Shown: one piece after another, positions 1 to 13,570 of the stretch
Layout of the letters: each line of letters begins with the position of its first letter
How positions within the stretch are numbered: the first letter of the stretch is position 1
Assembly: GCA_964016885.1 (NCBI GenBank)
Contig: OZ024743.1
Location: forward strand, 40,486,001-40,550,000
DNA from: Eledone cirrhosa
Lineage: Eukaryota
Length of the DNA stretch: 64,000 nt
Direction of reading: 5' to 3'
Made by a program: the position numbers and the translations under genes
The notes under the pieces: generated by a model
Database searches by the model: none
The model's input: only the letters and a program-made list of their open reading frames with translations
What the model was told of the DNA's origin: nothing

Positions 1-454
1 AAAACACTCGCCATAGGTATACAAATACACGCACATATACATATGTGTGTGTGCGTGTGCGTGTATACAAATAATTAAATAAACGAATATAAATAAATAA
101 ATACGTATATAACAAGCGGACACACATACCTACATGTAAATACAAACATGTTCGGAGACTACGTCAACCAAAACACGAAATACACATATACACACACCCT
201 ACATACGTACGAACCCGCATACTCACACAGATGCAAAACTCGCGTATACACGTAGCCAAAAGCATATGTACCAGAATATATAAAAAAAAATATACGCCAT
301 AATATATACAATAAAATATACGTACGAGAAAGTATACGTACCTTCACAAAACATACAGGTAATATATACTTACCTATGCAAATAAGTAATGGTTTAAACA
401 TAACATATACTTAGCTACCACATCAAGACGTAAAATATCCGCGTATAGATCGTA

Positions 455-2592
455 CTATCCGTTAGGGTATAATGTGGGGCTGTAATACAGGAAAGTTTTG
501 TGCAATGTATGTATACAAGCCGAAATTGCCTCAGATGTTTTGTTTAGGATGTGGTCTGTGGCTTAGAGTATTTCCAGGGCCTCAGCGGCGCAGAGGTCAC
601 ATGGTCTTTTATTTCAGTTATACAATCTAGCCCTAGCTAGGATCTCACAGTGTAACTTATATTGGGTGTGGTTGTCTTTTAGACTCTAGATATAAGCTAA
701 AGGTGACGTCATATTCCTTATTAGAGGGTAACGGAAAGAATTCTTATGCATGTAAAGATGCTGCTTGAATCTATTGGCGGTTAACCTTATGTAGGCCCTA
801 CGAGACGTGGGTGTTTCAACCTTACATTTGTAGACAATGTTACTAGAGGTGCATTTCCCGGATAGGGAGCAATCAACCCGATTTCTACAATTACAGTTAG
901 TAGTAACTACGGGGTTGCGCGTGCTCCTACGGCTAGGTAGTTTAGCTAAATTTGAAGCTGTGATGTTATGTGCAAGGTTAGGAGTCGTAGAGTAAGACAT
1001 TTTAATAATATTTCTATTAAAAATTTTACTATATTTATGTGTAGGGGGAAAATGCTTCGTAATAAGGGATAGAAAGATCTTAGCTAATGGTGTGGCCACC
1101 TCCATATTATATGGTGGGTTATACCATATAATGCGTCGGCAGCTATTTCTTCTACGTCTATTCTCGTACTCTGTATAAGCTACCTTATCGACAAATCCAC
1201 TCCGAGCAAGAGCTTCATTGTAATATGTGGAATGGTCATTGAAAATATGCGCGTTAGTAGATAGACGGGAAAGCCTCAAAGAAACGTTTCTTACCAGGTT
1301 CTTGGTTATTCTGACAGATGGTTATATTGCTTACTTATGTATCATTCGGCTTTCTATACGGGTAATACAAGTCAATCGATACATTTAGGGTAACGTCGAG
1401 GTAATTAATGACCGAGAGGTTGGCCTCAACCTGTATAGAGAGGTTGAAGCCTTTAAAGAAGGCTGTGAGTTCTTTTCTGAACCTTTCGCAAGAACGTGGG
1501 CCGCACTTAGTCATGGTCAAAAGACCATCATCATGGTACAAACCACCGCCCGCGTTGGGGAATTCGTCCTTGATAGAGAAAAGAAGGAAAAGGCCGATAA
1601 GATCAGTAACATCTGCAGAATCGGTGGCGTCCATACTCACGTCGAATGGGGTACTATTAGATGTTTTAATCCAAATAGAGTCGTCGAAATTAATCACCGA
1701 CTTACGGGTATTGAGGATGACATCAACTTCGAAATCCTTAACCACTGTGAGTGTTTTAGCGAAATTGATAGCTCTAAGGATAAGTGGTAAAGTGATGGAG
1801 GAGTAGTAATTATTGATGTCGAATTGGATAAAACGGCAATGTTCCTTGTTGCATATGCCGTTGAACCATTCAATCACCGCGAAAGAATTGTTCCACAGTG
1901 CGAGAGGGGCCAAACTTCTAATTTCAGGTATAATTCTATCAAGAATTCTTTTACTAAGTCTACCTAAATCGGACTTCGTAGGGTTAATAAGCAGAATAGA
2001 GGGGTTGTTCAGAAAATTGGATTTTTGATCCTTCAGGGTAACGTGGGGAGAAATAGGGTCCGATCCAGTATGTTGAGATCAGAGGTGATGTTTAACATCA
2101 CCTCTGATCTCAACATACTGGATCGGACCCAGCATCGTTGATTTCATTAATGACGCCCGATTAGTTTTACGGTAATCCTTAATTACAGCATTATGTAGTA
2201 GTTGATGGTAAGTACTGCGCTCCACTTGATATAGGTTGCCAGTTTTTTTCGGAATGGACGTGCACGGCATTAGAATCCTTAAAAGAACGAATTCTATTCT
2301 TCAGGTCCTGCTGGAAGGAATGGCTCCTATTCCGAAATTTGATACTCTGTGTGAGTTCCAAGACGTCATTTTCGAAGGGTAGGAATGCTGGGTTACACGT
2401 AGGGTTATTATAGGTTTTAAAGCCAAATTTATCCTGTTTGTTATCTGCTTTTCGCTTATTATCGAAATAAAACGCACGCCAACGCAACCTTTTAGTGAAT
2501 GCGTCTGTTTTCTGTATCAGGAGATTTAGGTATGTTTTCCTGCTTGGTACTGGTATGTTCTCTGTAGAAATATTCAGATATTGTTTCTACAT
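455..2592 (-). pseudogene. Disrupted PLE RT/GIY-YIG ORF
   Basis: ORF fragments show NIPVPS..LRWRAFYF, QFDINNYYSSI, LYHDDGL (RT), CNCRNRVDC (CxCx5C linker), NIVYKC..AYI and CDLC. Multiple stops and frameshifts. Confidence 0.92.
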
Positions 2593-2737
2593 GATGAATA
2601 TAAGTCAATAGAGTGCTCAACTGAGGGAGCCAAATAGTAATAATAATAAATTTGCAGACTAAAATCCAAAGAGAGCTCGATAAGGATAAATATATATCAA
2701 ATATATAAGAACCGCAGTGCAAATATTTATTAAAATA

Positions 2738-2813
2738 ACAGATTAAAGTTTAAGCAAAGAATCGCTGCTTTCACCCTTAACGGGATCTTCTGAAACTAAC
2801 AAAGTCAATCTGT
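2738..2813 (-). ncRNA. Variant type I hammerhead-like motif, family A pLTR
   Basis: acagattga..agttt CAGAAGA t-ccc-gttaa-ggg-t GAAA gca..tgc TT aaact ttaatctgt; stems I-III pair by eye. Confidence 0.65.
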
Positions 2814-3405
2814 GAACGCAGAAGTGAATATTTCACAAAACGTTGCAATCGGAGGAAGACAGGAAGACGATACTTAGGTTCGTGGAAACGTTCGCTGGCA
2901 AAGAACGGTAAAAAACGAATATAATACGTCATTATTTGGAGCGGTGAAAAACAATTAGACGCAAAGACAAAACCACGTTTAGGTATAAAAGAAGTCGTAG
3001 ACTAATATTCTCTTAGGTGGTTCATAGAGACGTTCTCTGCCAATGAACGGGTAAAACGAAGATAATACGTCATATGTGGACCGTGGAGAACAATTGCACG
3101 CAAAGACGAAACACTTAAATGGTATAACTGAAGTCGTAGACTAAAATTCTAACTAGGAAACCGAATGATTCTCAGCTTCAGAGTTAAGAATAAAGTTAAA
3201 AAATACAGAGGTAATTGAAATTAAATAAATATATACACGCATCCATATTCGTACATACACAAGCATACGCAGAACACTTACCATCGGTATACAAAACCAC
3301 GCACATATAAATATGTGTGTGTGTGTATGCGTGTATACAAATAAATAAATAATTATATAAACGTATATAAATAAATAAATACCTATATAAGAAGCGCACA
3401 CACAT

Positions 3406-3426
3406 AAACTTTAATCTGTTATTTTA

Positions 3427-3482
<56 letters not shown>

Positions 3483-3580
3483 ATATATATAGGTATACAA
3501 ATCTACGGTTCTTATATATTTGATATATATTTATCCTTATCGAGCCCTCTTTGGATTTTAGTCTTCAAATTTATTATTAT

Positions 3581-3583
<3 letters not shown>
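3406..3583 (+). mobile_element. Inverted family A pLTR fragments separated by (TA)n
   Basis: 3406-3432 and 3503-3583 are reverse complements of parts of 2635-2751. Confidence 0.8.
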
Positions 3584-3651
<68 letters not shown>

Positions 3652-4985
3652 TGGGGGGAAGTATAAATATTGTTCGATTCACAATGCTATTAAGTCCCAA
3701 CTCCACATTACACTTCTATAGCCTGATGTTAAAAAGGGCAAAACTCCGCCCTTAGTCCTACAAGTAATTATTCATAAATAACTGACATATAGAAAGATAT
3801 ATAAATGAAAATAACTTTCAATTCTCAATTCTGTTATGTGGAAACCTCAATATGGCAGTAATAAAAACGGATTCATAGCTTTTAATCTATTTAGTGTACA
3901 CTTGGAGATAGACACTTTATCCGTTGAAGTGCTAAAATATAAAAGTTATCATACAAATGTCAAAATCTCCGGAAATTAGCTGGCTTTACGTATTGTTAAT
4001 GGGAAGTTATCATGCTGTGTTAAATTGAAAATGGTCATAATTGGCTTATGTTTCCATAGGAGCTTTGATGCGCAAACTCACTAGAAGTGGCGAAATCTAC
4101 TGAGAACAGCAATGTCGATAATTTAGCGAAAGGTTTAAATTGCATGTAAAATTAAGGAAATTTCTTATGAAAATGATTTCAGTCAATTAAGCATCTTTAT
4201 CATGTGTTTGGGATAAAATTATTGCAAAGTGTAAAAGATTAGAGATTTCAGAGCTCTGATAGAGAGATTTTTATTACAAGCACATTAATTGTAATGGCAA
4301 ACCCATTGAATATAAGGATGAGGCTATACTAAGTGGTCATTTGCTTTGGCTACTAAGCTAAAGTTAACTTCTTCTGCAAGGGGAAATCATAAAGGTTACC
4401 TCATTTCATTATGCTATATCCTGAAGCATATCAACATCGATAACTACTTAGACTATGGTCGATAAAAGTCAATGATTTTTCTGGCGACATCTTGTTAATA
4501 TCAACATATATTTAATATATATTCAAACCTAATAAACATTGTTCTTCTGCATTCTTGAATATATAATAGTTACTTATTCGAATTGCAGATGATCTCGTCA
4601 CATATGTATGTTTCAGAATTGCAAATTTAGTTTTAAATTCAATTTGAGTTTTAGAGACACATTTCCCAAAATAGAAAACCTATGTCTACACAGGGGCAGA
4701 CATGACGGCATGGTTAAGCAGTTCGCGTCACCACCATGTTGTTATAGAGCAAAATGATGAAGTCACTCATTTAGAAAACACACATGCTTTCTAGATGACC
4801 ACGTCACCCTTTTGTTCCAGTTGTAGCTGAGCGAAAACAGTCGACAATTCTTTCGGACATCTTGCTCTTTATCGAGACTGTGTATTCTCGTCACTGCTAC
4901 TCGCTGGAACTATGTATACATCCGCTGATTCGCCTAATTTGAAATAGATCTCGTCCTGTAGAATCCATTTCTATAGGAAATAAGG

Positions 4986-5031
<46 letters not shown>

Positions 5032-5173
5032 TATTAGAAAGTGAGGTTTTTTTTGTTAAATGAAAAATAACCGAGGTGTCCTACACGAGTGAAAGTTATA
5101 AAGAAAAAAATATGAAATCGAAAATGCAACTGGAGTCTTATTTTATAAAAAAATATATATATTTATTTGGTTC

Positions 5174-5209
5174 CTTTACCGGTTTCGCAGTTCTTCTGCT
5201 TTTCAAAAG
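5174..5209 (-). ncRNA. Minimal hammerhead, U3-A8 core variant
   Basis: Reverse complement of the motif at 5287-5322. Confidence 0.7.
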
Positions 5210-5286
5210 CAGATTTGAGAGTAAGGGTCTGTGGTTTTTCTCACATCTGATGTGAAAAAAACCACAGACCCTCCATCTCAAATCTA

Positions 5287-5322
5287 CTTTTGAAAAGCAG
5301 AAGAACTGCGAAACCGGTAAAG
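5287..5322 (+). ncRNA. Minimal hammerhead, U3-A8 core variant
   Basis: ctt TTGAAAA gcag-aagaa-ctgc GAAA ccgg TA aag; palindromic helix III (accggt), GUA site. Confidence 0.72.
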
Positions 5323-5409
5323 GAACCAAATAAATATATATATTTGTTTATAAAATAAGACTCCAGTTGCATTTTCGATTTCATCTTTTACACATATATA
5401 TATATATAT

Positions 5410-6620
5410 AGTGGTAGAACACTGGAAGGTAATATCCGTAGTGGTAGAGCACTCAATCCATGGGACGAGTTAGGTAGAAGTGGTTACACAACAGTTAGTT
5501 CACCATACCGAGAACAATTATTTCACCTTAGCGGATCCTCAGCTCGTAATGGACATCGTTATACGGAACAGGAAGGACAACCGTACGAACGCGCATGTGC
5601 AAAAACGATCACTTCACACTAAATTGCGTGCGAGAGGTGTAAGGGAGATAACTGCGAAAGTCCGAAAGTTTCTGGTTAATAAGAAAATTAGGATGATGTT
5701 GTAATTCAATCCGGAGCTTTGTAGTTAGGTAAGAGGTGTTTCGAGACTTGTGGACAACGTGTGAAGAATTCATTTCGCGTGTTTAGGCAATCGCTATTGC
5801 GTAATCTCTTTAGAACATTTATTCGTTGATCAATACATAATTCACACGACGGATTTCCCCTTGCGTATGGCTTGGACTTAGTGATGGCTTTCCATTGAAT
5901 GGAGTAGTCTATACTTGAGTCCTTGAGGGACCATACGTGGCTCGCGAGTTTCATGGATGAACGTCTGTCCGGGTACCTAAAGGTCGATTGGTGGTTCACG
6001 AAGCGTTCTTTAAATCGGCCCTCCGCCATACCCACATAGGATTTGACCTCCTGTGGTTGATTTTGTCGGTTGGAAGTGACCACAGCTTCATAAACTACAG
6101 TGGGTGTGTTGTATTGCTGTTGAAGAGGTCAAGCTTAGGGCTTATGGCAAGAGCACCCTTGGTGGTGTGTTTCTCTTAGGGCTGTTGGAGATGTGGGCTT
6201 TCATGTTATTAGCGCAGGAGTATCCTAGTTTTACTTTATGTCGGTTAAAGATAGAGCGGTGTTTATGACCTATGGGAAAGTGTCTATCTAAGAGGGCTAG
6301 AAATTGTTTGCCTACATTGGTTTTAACGTTGGGTTAGAAGGGAGGAGAGACCCAGATAGTTTGTCTATGTTTACGCTTTCTTTTCTTATTGCTGTGGTTG
6401 TTAGTGGGAGAGTAAGTGATAGGTTGCGAGAAGCCGCTGTTAGCTAACGCCGTGTTATAGTAGGGTGACGCCCTATCAAAGATAGCCTTATTGGAGAAGA
6501 GGTTTGAGATTCAAGTACGAAGTTTCTAAAAACAGTGGAAGGGTGGCATGAGTCCTTGTGAATGTAATTGATTTTTTCATTTAGCTTATGGAAGGGTCTA
6601 TAGGTATGTGTCTGTATAAA
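5410..6620 (-). mobile_element. 5'-truncated Naiad-like PLE (RT thumb plus GIY-YIG)
   Basis: ORF 5706-6083: SYVGMAEGRFKERFVNH..CELC..LNTRNE..CPQ. ORF 6444-6683: YIHKDSCHP. Confidence 0.88.
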
Positions 6621-6689
6621 TATATACATTGTAACGTGTCGTTTGTTTTGTGGTTTCTGTTTACTTTTCACATACATACACACTTATAT

Positions 6690-6734
<45 letters not shown>

Positions 6735-6825
6735 CTTATATATGTATATATATGAATTTATATATATATATATGCATATGTATATATATATATATATATA
6801 TATTCTTATATATGTATATATATGA

Positions 6826-6906
<81 letters not shown>

Positions 6907-6921
6907 TATATGTACATATAC

Positions 6922-6970
<49 letters not shown>

Positions 6971-7129
6971 TAGATATATAGATATATACATATATATAAA
7001 CTATAAAAATGCTATGCAGACGTTTAAGAGCTTTTAAAGAAAATCCACTGAAGGTAAAACAATAACAAAGGAGTGGACTGCGTTCGATCGTCATAAAATC
7101 CGTCCCCACCCCCTGCTAACAGCTAATCT

Positions 7130-8000
7130 CAGCAGAAAGCTTTACAAAAGGATATATACAGCAGAGAAACTACTTAAGGAGAAAAGACATATTTTTTCTC
7201 TGTGGAAATGGGGAATAGGGTGTTTCTAAAGAAATATAAAGAGCATCGAATATTAATAAACAGGAAGAGGTCCTGAAAAGGAACGAGGAAGCATTAAAAC
7301 AACCAATGACTGATAAGACGCTTTGAAGTGAGAGTGCTTCCTACAAAAGTTCACGTCAGTTGAAACAAATACGAAACAGATTTTGTTTATGTTTCTTTTT
7401 TACAAAGACATCAATACAAATACAAAATCATTACAAAATATCGCAGTTGAATATATAGCAACAACAGTAGAAAAGCAATCACATTGTGGTGACTTGTGTG
7501 GAAGGGAGGAGATGTGGAGCCAGAATATAAAATAAGATAAGACAAACAATGGCTAAGACGAGAGAGAGAGAGCGAGAGAGAGAGAGAAGGGGGAGAAGGA
7601 CAGACAACATATGAATAATATAGCACAATAATAACATAACACAAGGATATAAAAGGCTTAGCGAAGTAAAAGATGTAGTGGAATTCACCAAAAACAATCA
7701 AGACTACTGGCAACTAAACAGTTAAAGGTTTTAAAGATAAAGTAAAAAGAGGGCGACTTAAAAAGATTCTAACGAGAAAAAAATATATGGAGAAACCAAA
7801 ACAAATATCTCCATGGTTAGTATTATACACGACTGAACGTAAAATATGCAGCATGCCTGTATGAAAAGGAACAATGGCTCAGTATTTCTATATCAAAAGC
7901 AGAAACGAAAGAACTGAATTAGTTCTACAAAATCAATGTCTAACCATAAAAAAAAATTATATTTTAAAAAAGTATAATAAAATATAAAAGGTAACCTGAA
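7130..8000 (+). mobile_element. Possible highly decayed PLE remnant
   Basis: A-rich stretch with only faint GIY-YIG-like residues (HCGDLC) by manual translation. Confidence 0.2.
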
Positions 8001-8085
8001 GTAAAAAGTAAAGACTATTGAAATCAGGATAAAGAAACAATCAACTGCCACATTCTTGGTGGTTCGTCATCTATTACAAGTGTGT

Positions 8086-8132
8086 GTGAAAGCAGCGATT
8101 CTTTGCTTAAACTTTAATCTGTTATTTTATTA
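8086..8132 (+). mobile_element. Family A pLTR 3' tail fragment
   Basis: gtgaaagcagcgattctttgcttaaactttaatctgttatttt followed by (TA)n. Confidence 0.85.
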
Positions 8133-8210
<78 letters not shown>

Positions 8211-8262
8211 TAAACATTCTGGTAAGAGATAGTTGATGATATATATGTATATATAGCTCTTC

Positions 8263-8297
<35 letters not shown>

Positions 8298-8299
<2 letters not shown>

Positions 8300-8560
8300 A
8301 CCACAAGAATTTTTTCATACATCTAGAGCCACTTTTTTTTACATAAAACAGGTAGAATTTCCAAAACTAATCAGATTAGAGCAAACATCACGGGCGCTCT
8401 ATCTCAAAATTATTTTTGAAAAGCATTAAAAATGCGCAACCGGTAAAACTTAAAACCTAAACTGAATGCTAAACAATACTATTACTAATTTTTGCTTATT
8501 CCTAATTAAACTATTTTTCACTGGGAACAATTTGTCAGCATTTTCTTTTCCTTTTACGAA
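8298..8560 (+). mobile_element. Neptune-like PLE 3' pLTR fragment with GCAA-type hammerhead motif (8413-8448)
   Basis: Matches about 57560-57840, the 3' UTR of the Neptune-like element, and 20812-21042. Confidence 0.8.
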
Positions 8561-8571
8561 TATATATATAT

Positions 8572-8683
8572 ATATATATAGAAGAGCTTCTACAGGGCTA
8601 GACTGTTTCATTCGTAAAGAAATCATCAGGAAGCTCATTTCTCACGAATGAAACAGATCTAGTCCTGTAGAAGCTCTTCTATA
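8572..8683. repeat. Short fold-back element (MITE-like family)
   Basis: Arms gaagagcttctacagg.ctaga.ctgtttcattcg and their complement; related to 4941-4975, 32682-32748 and 34064-34318. Confidence 0.75.
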
Positions 8684-8761
8684 TTAAAACATTTATACTC
8701 TGCTATGTATTGTGTACCTTACTTACTGTGGTTACCTCCGATTCAACCCGGAATAAATTAT

Positions 8762-8798
<37 letters not shown>

Positions 8799-9177
8799 CA
8801 TACATATACATATGTATATATATTTTATAATATATATATATGTGTGGGCAGGAAGAGAGTTCCCAGGGTGTGTGAGGCAGTGGTGGAAAGACATTAACAA
8901 GGGGGGGGGGGGAGGGAGGACACCATTTTTTTTAGAGAGTAAAAAAATAAAAAATAAAAATGAAAGTAACAATTGGTGAAAGGGTGTGCCGCGTGTAGTG
9001 TTGGTGCTGGGTGGAGGGGGAGGGGGTCCGAGCGGCGAGGGCTGAAGGTGTGTATGTTTATGTGAGTATGTGTACGTGTGTGTGTGTGTGGATGTGAATG
9101 TGAGTGTTGGGGGAAGAACGAGGTTCCATATTCGGGTAATAGGGAAACCGGTTTGTACATGGGGTGTAAGTCGGTGT

Positions 9178-9237
<60 letters not shown>

Positions 9238-10694
9238 CACATACACAAACACACCCACACACACACATATATATGTATATATATATATATCATCAACTGT
9301 CTCTTAGCGGAATGTTTAATGCGATAGCATGCTACTGGATCGATACGTAGTTCAATTCTTCGTGGTGGCTGGTTGTAAATTATTAAGTTTCTAGGGATAT
9401 TTTGCTCGATCTTGTACGCTATTATTTATAGCGATCGTCTGTTGTTTACATATATTTTCTATATTTCGGGATTCTCTTATTTCCATATATATACGGCACA
9501 CCAACGTAGAGCAATTCAATTTTCAATTAATTCAACGATCTCAGGTCTGAACTCCGAGACATAGGCCATAATCCTGACACCCGCGAGTTAGCAATCAAAA
9601 ACATGAATGTATATTTACAATGCGGGAATATGTACGTGAAAATGACATACGACGGTAATCTGTGGTTTGAAAGTTAATGCTCTACCAAAACGTTCAAATC
9701 AGACCACTGAAAATATAACTGGACTCTGATAGAATATTGATCACTTTCAACCCGAATATTGATGTGTAGCTTTTGAAGGGAAGGAACAGTCAAATATGTT
9801 TATCTCACTATATTTCTGGTATTGTATTTTATCGATCGGGAAAAAGTGTTGGGCAATGTCAATATAGTCGAGGTTTTACCTCAGGACGTTTGCTGTTTCG
9901 TTAACCGTCTTTTCTTTCAATTCTTGATTGTGTATAGACTATAACTGTAGAATTTTCGTCATCAGACTGTGTGCAGACAGATGTAAAGTCTTGTCTTTTC
10001 ATGATGATTACAAAATATTTAGTCAGTCTATTACATAGAAGGAAAAGAAAAAAAATGGATATTTACTCCCCGTGGAGTAGTAACGACACAGTCCTGACAC
10101 ACGGTATCACTTGGCCTTGTGTAATCCTGGCAGAGCCCGTTTCTCTCCACATCCGAATACAGCCAATATTTTCTGGAGAAGACAGGAGCAAGAGAGAGAG
10201 AGAGAGCGAGAGAGGGTGAGAGAGTAATTAAGAAGAAATAGGGAAAAAAATCGATTACCGTACTTTAGAATTACTAAGGGAATAGAAGGCAAAGTTGAAC
10301 TCAGAGTGCAGTGAGACTGAACAAATACAGAGACATTTTAAATTCGACGCCCTAACAACTTTGCCAACTCTCAAACTTGTTATAGTGACAGGTAGCAATT
10401 CTCTGTTTACAGACAGATGTAAATAAAGACCTTGTTTAAGACGATGTTTACATGGCATTTACATCTGTCTATTACATATAGTGTTTGTTAAAAACCAATA
10501 GATACGTTATGTAGTACGGTATAACATTGAAATAATACGTGGCTAATGCATTAGTAAATTAGGTATCTCACTTAAACACTTAGTGATAGTAGGTTATAAG
10601 GAATTTCACTATGACAGTAACAGGATGTTTAAAAACATATGAAATACAAGGAATAGAAATTATTAGGTTAATGTCACGAAGATGGTGGCACATT

Positions 10695-10880
10695 GAACCG
10701 GTGCTTATTCCGGTTTTGGTGGGGTGAATCGACTAAGATTACAAAGTTCCCGATTGGACAAGATGGCAGTCCATCACGCGGTTAAACCTCCATCTATTGC
10801 TAATATATATTTTAAGGTAAGCATATTGAAGCAACATGAAATATGGTGTTTTGTTCAAGAACGCAACACGTAACTCACTC
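10695..10880 (-). mobile_element. Degenerate SINE fragment
   Basis: gttcttgaacaaaacaccatatttcatgttgct resembles the body of the SINE at 53115-53362. Confidence 0.4.
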
Positions 10881-10996
10881 CATAAAACAAAGCCACCCGC
10901 CTGCATTTCTATATCAAGCGTTAATCTAATATGAATCGTCATAACAATGCATTGTTTGGAGTGTGGTTTCTGTTTACTTCTCACATACATGCATTC

Positions 10997-11138
<142 letters not shown>

Positions 11139-11349
11139 TTGTTTCGTTTCTGAATTTGTTTAGCAAGATTCTTTATCTGAAATCGTGTGTTGAAACCGAT
11201 ATTGTTATACTTTGGGAGGGTCATGTTGCCAATAAGAAACACACGCACCAGCTTGCTTTCACTTCAATTTATTATAAATTTATAAATTTATAAATTTATA
11301 AATTTCTGGTTGGTTGGTTGGTTCCACAACCAGATAGTTGTTTATATAT

Positions 11350-11399
11350 AGTCATAGTTCTTTCGTCACACACTCTGTGACCTGACCTCTTCAGTGACT
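11350..11399 (-). ncRNA. Hammerhead motif, family D, with a small duplication at the base of stem II
   Basis: Reverse complement of 11783-11827 with tgacc duplicated. Confidence 0.6.
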
Positions 11400-11782
11400 G
11401 GGGATTCCTTTCTTTGTTTCTGTGCCTCTCCTTTGTTCTGTCCTACGCCATTTTGTTTCTGTGTGTGTTTTGTGCTCAGTCTGCGCATGCGGCACATCCG
11501 GGTGTCTGTGTGTGTTTATGTTCATTTATTTATTTGTTTATTTACATGTTACTGGTTGGTTATTTGTTCTATGTGTGTGTGTGTTTTCATTTTGTCCTTA
11601 ATTGTAAGTTGAACAAACAACCAACCAGTAACATGTAAATAAACAAATAAATAAATGAACATAAACACACACAGACACCCGGATGTGGCGCATGCGCAGA
11701 CTGAGCACACAACACACACACAGAAACAAAATGGCGTAGGACAGAACAAAGGAGAGGCACAGAAACAAAGAAAGGAATCCCC

Positions 11783-11827
11783 AGTCACTGAAGAGGTCAC
11801 AGAGTGTGTGACGAAAGAACTATGACT
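11783..11827 (+). ncRNA. Minimal type I hammerhead, family D
   Basis: agtca CTGAAGA g-gtcac..gtgac GAAA gaac TA tgact; 5-bp stem I, CUA site, very short helix III. Confidence 0.78.
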
Positions 11828-11976
11828 ATATATAAATAACAATCTGGTTGTGGAACCAACCAACCAAGCAGAAATTTATAAATTTATGAATTTATAAATA
11901 TATAATAAATTGAAGTGAAAGCAAATGGTGCGTGTGTTTCTTATTGGCAACATGACCCTCCCAGAGTATAACAATA

Positions 11977-12032
<56 letters not shown>

Positions 12033-12033
12033 C

Positions 12034-12180
<147 letters not shown>

Positions 12181-12243
12181 TATGTACGTATATACACACA
12201 TACATATATTTATATATATATACACATACATAAATATATATAC

Positions 12244-12286
<43 letters not shown>

Positions 12287-12469
12287 TATGTATATACACA
12301 TACATATATATATACACACATATACATATATACATATATATATATAGGAGGTGAGTTTTATTGTAGTACAATAAAGCAATGCAGATATCGGATAAGAAGC
12401 ACTCTACAGTTTGTAGGACTGGAGTATACATAATATATAAGATCAAAAGATGGTTAAAAGAGTTCCATG

Positions 12470-12540
12470 TATTTTATTATGCGCATTTCAAAAATAAATA
12501 TCATCATGCAATAACATTTGTGTCTTCATCAGATAAAATA
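12470..12540 (-). ncRNA. Type I hammerhead, family B
   Basis: tattttat CTGATGA long stem II GAAA tgcgca TA ataaaata. Confidence 0.85.
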
Positions 12541-12658
12541 GGAAGACATGATATGAAAGTTAAAAAAGACTTGTGAATAGTGCAGTTTTAAATCAACATA
12601 TGTTGATTTAAAACTGCACTATTCACAAGTGTTTTTTAACTTTCATATCATGTCTGCC

Positions 12659-12729
12659 TATTTTGTCTGATGAAAACACAAATGTTATTGCATGATGATA
12701 TTTGTTTTTGAAATGCGCATAATAAAATA
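12659..12729 (+). ncRNA. Type I hammerhead, family B
   Basis: tattttgt CTGATGA aaacacaaatgttatt..gatgatatttgttttt GAAA tgcgca TA ataaaata; 8-bp stem I, palindromic helix III, AUA site. Confidence 0.87.
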
Positions 12730-12757
12730 CATGGAACTCTTTTACCCATCTGTTGAT

Positions 12758-12832
<75 letters not shown>

Positions 12833-13041
12833 TAATAAAAATAATGAATAAAAACAAAGAAACAGTTCCTTATATTAAAAAATTCATCGTTTTACGATCG
12901 TTTCTAGGATATATATGTGTATGTTGGTATGTATATCATATAGATCTATGTAAATTTTTACAAACTATCAGAGGGAATATACATACCTACACATATATAT
13001 GGTGCCTTCAGAAATATATATATATATAGATATATATATAG

Positions 13042-13142
<101 letters not shown>

Positions 13143-13570
13143 ATCAAAAGATGGTTAAATGAGTTCCATGTATTTTATTATGCGCAGTTCAAAAACAAAT
13201 ATCATCATGCAATAACATTTGTGTTTTCATCAGATAAAATAGGACATGATATGAAGGTTAAAAACACTTGTGGATAGTGCAGTTTTAAATCAACATATGA
13301 AAAGTAGTTTTAGATTGATGTGTGATATTGGGGAAAATAATTTTTTGAGGGGGGGGGGGGTGAACAAGAGGAGGAGATGAGAGTAAAAAGTGGAGGGGGA
13401 GGAGTATAATGAGGAGGGATGAGATAGGAGGAGAGATGGGTGATAGAGAAAAATAACTGACAAAAATATATTGTTTTACATAGAGAAGTTGAAAAACCGT
13501 TGGAAGATAATGTATAAATTAAAAGAATTTGAAAATTAACGAAGAGAAAAATGATGTAAAGTTAAGGTTT

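Larger units (their letters stand above)
1..3405 (-). mobile_element. Penelope-like retroelement, family A (Naiad-like), near full length, partial-tandem pLTR arrangement
   Basis: Contains the RT plus GIY-YIG pseudogene 455-2592. The 3' UTR at 1-130 is repeated directly at about 3270-3405, giving an upstream pLTR at about 2635-3405 with an HHR motif. Near-identical copies at 17345-18740 and 53363-55370. Confidence 0.92.
5036..5390. mobile_element. Fold-back of a PLE pLTR (arms about 5112-5247 and 5249-5384)
   Basis: Near-perfect inverted repeat centred at about 5248, flanked by (TA)n. The same sequence occurs at 55476-55716, next to a Neptune-like ORF. Confidence 0.85.
12346..12760. mobile_element. 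Family B pLTR fold-back with zero spacer (centre 12599/12600)
   Basis: ttttaaatcaacat|atgttgatttaaaa; arms about 12437-12599 and 12600-12760. Confidence 0.9.

Noticed and set aside
1408-1806. Plus-strand 132-aa ORF and similar antisense ORFs over LINE and PLE coding regions
   Set aside because: These are antisense shadows of RT frames with no recognisable motifs.
3715-3765. ctgatg followed by a gggc/gccc hairpin as a hammerhead
   Set aside because: The core is incomplete and there is no correctly placed GAAA.
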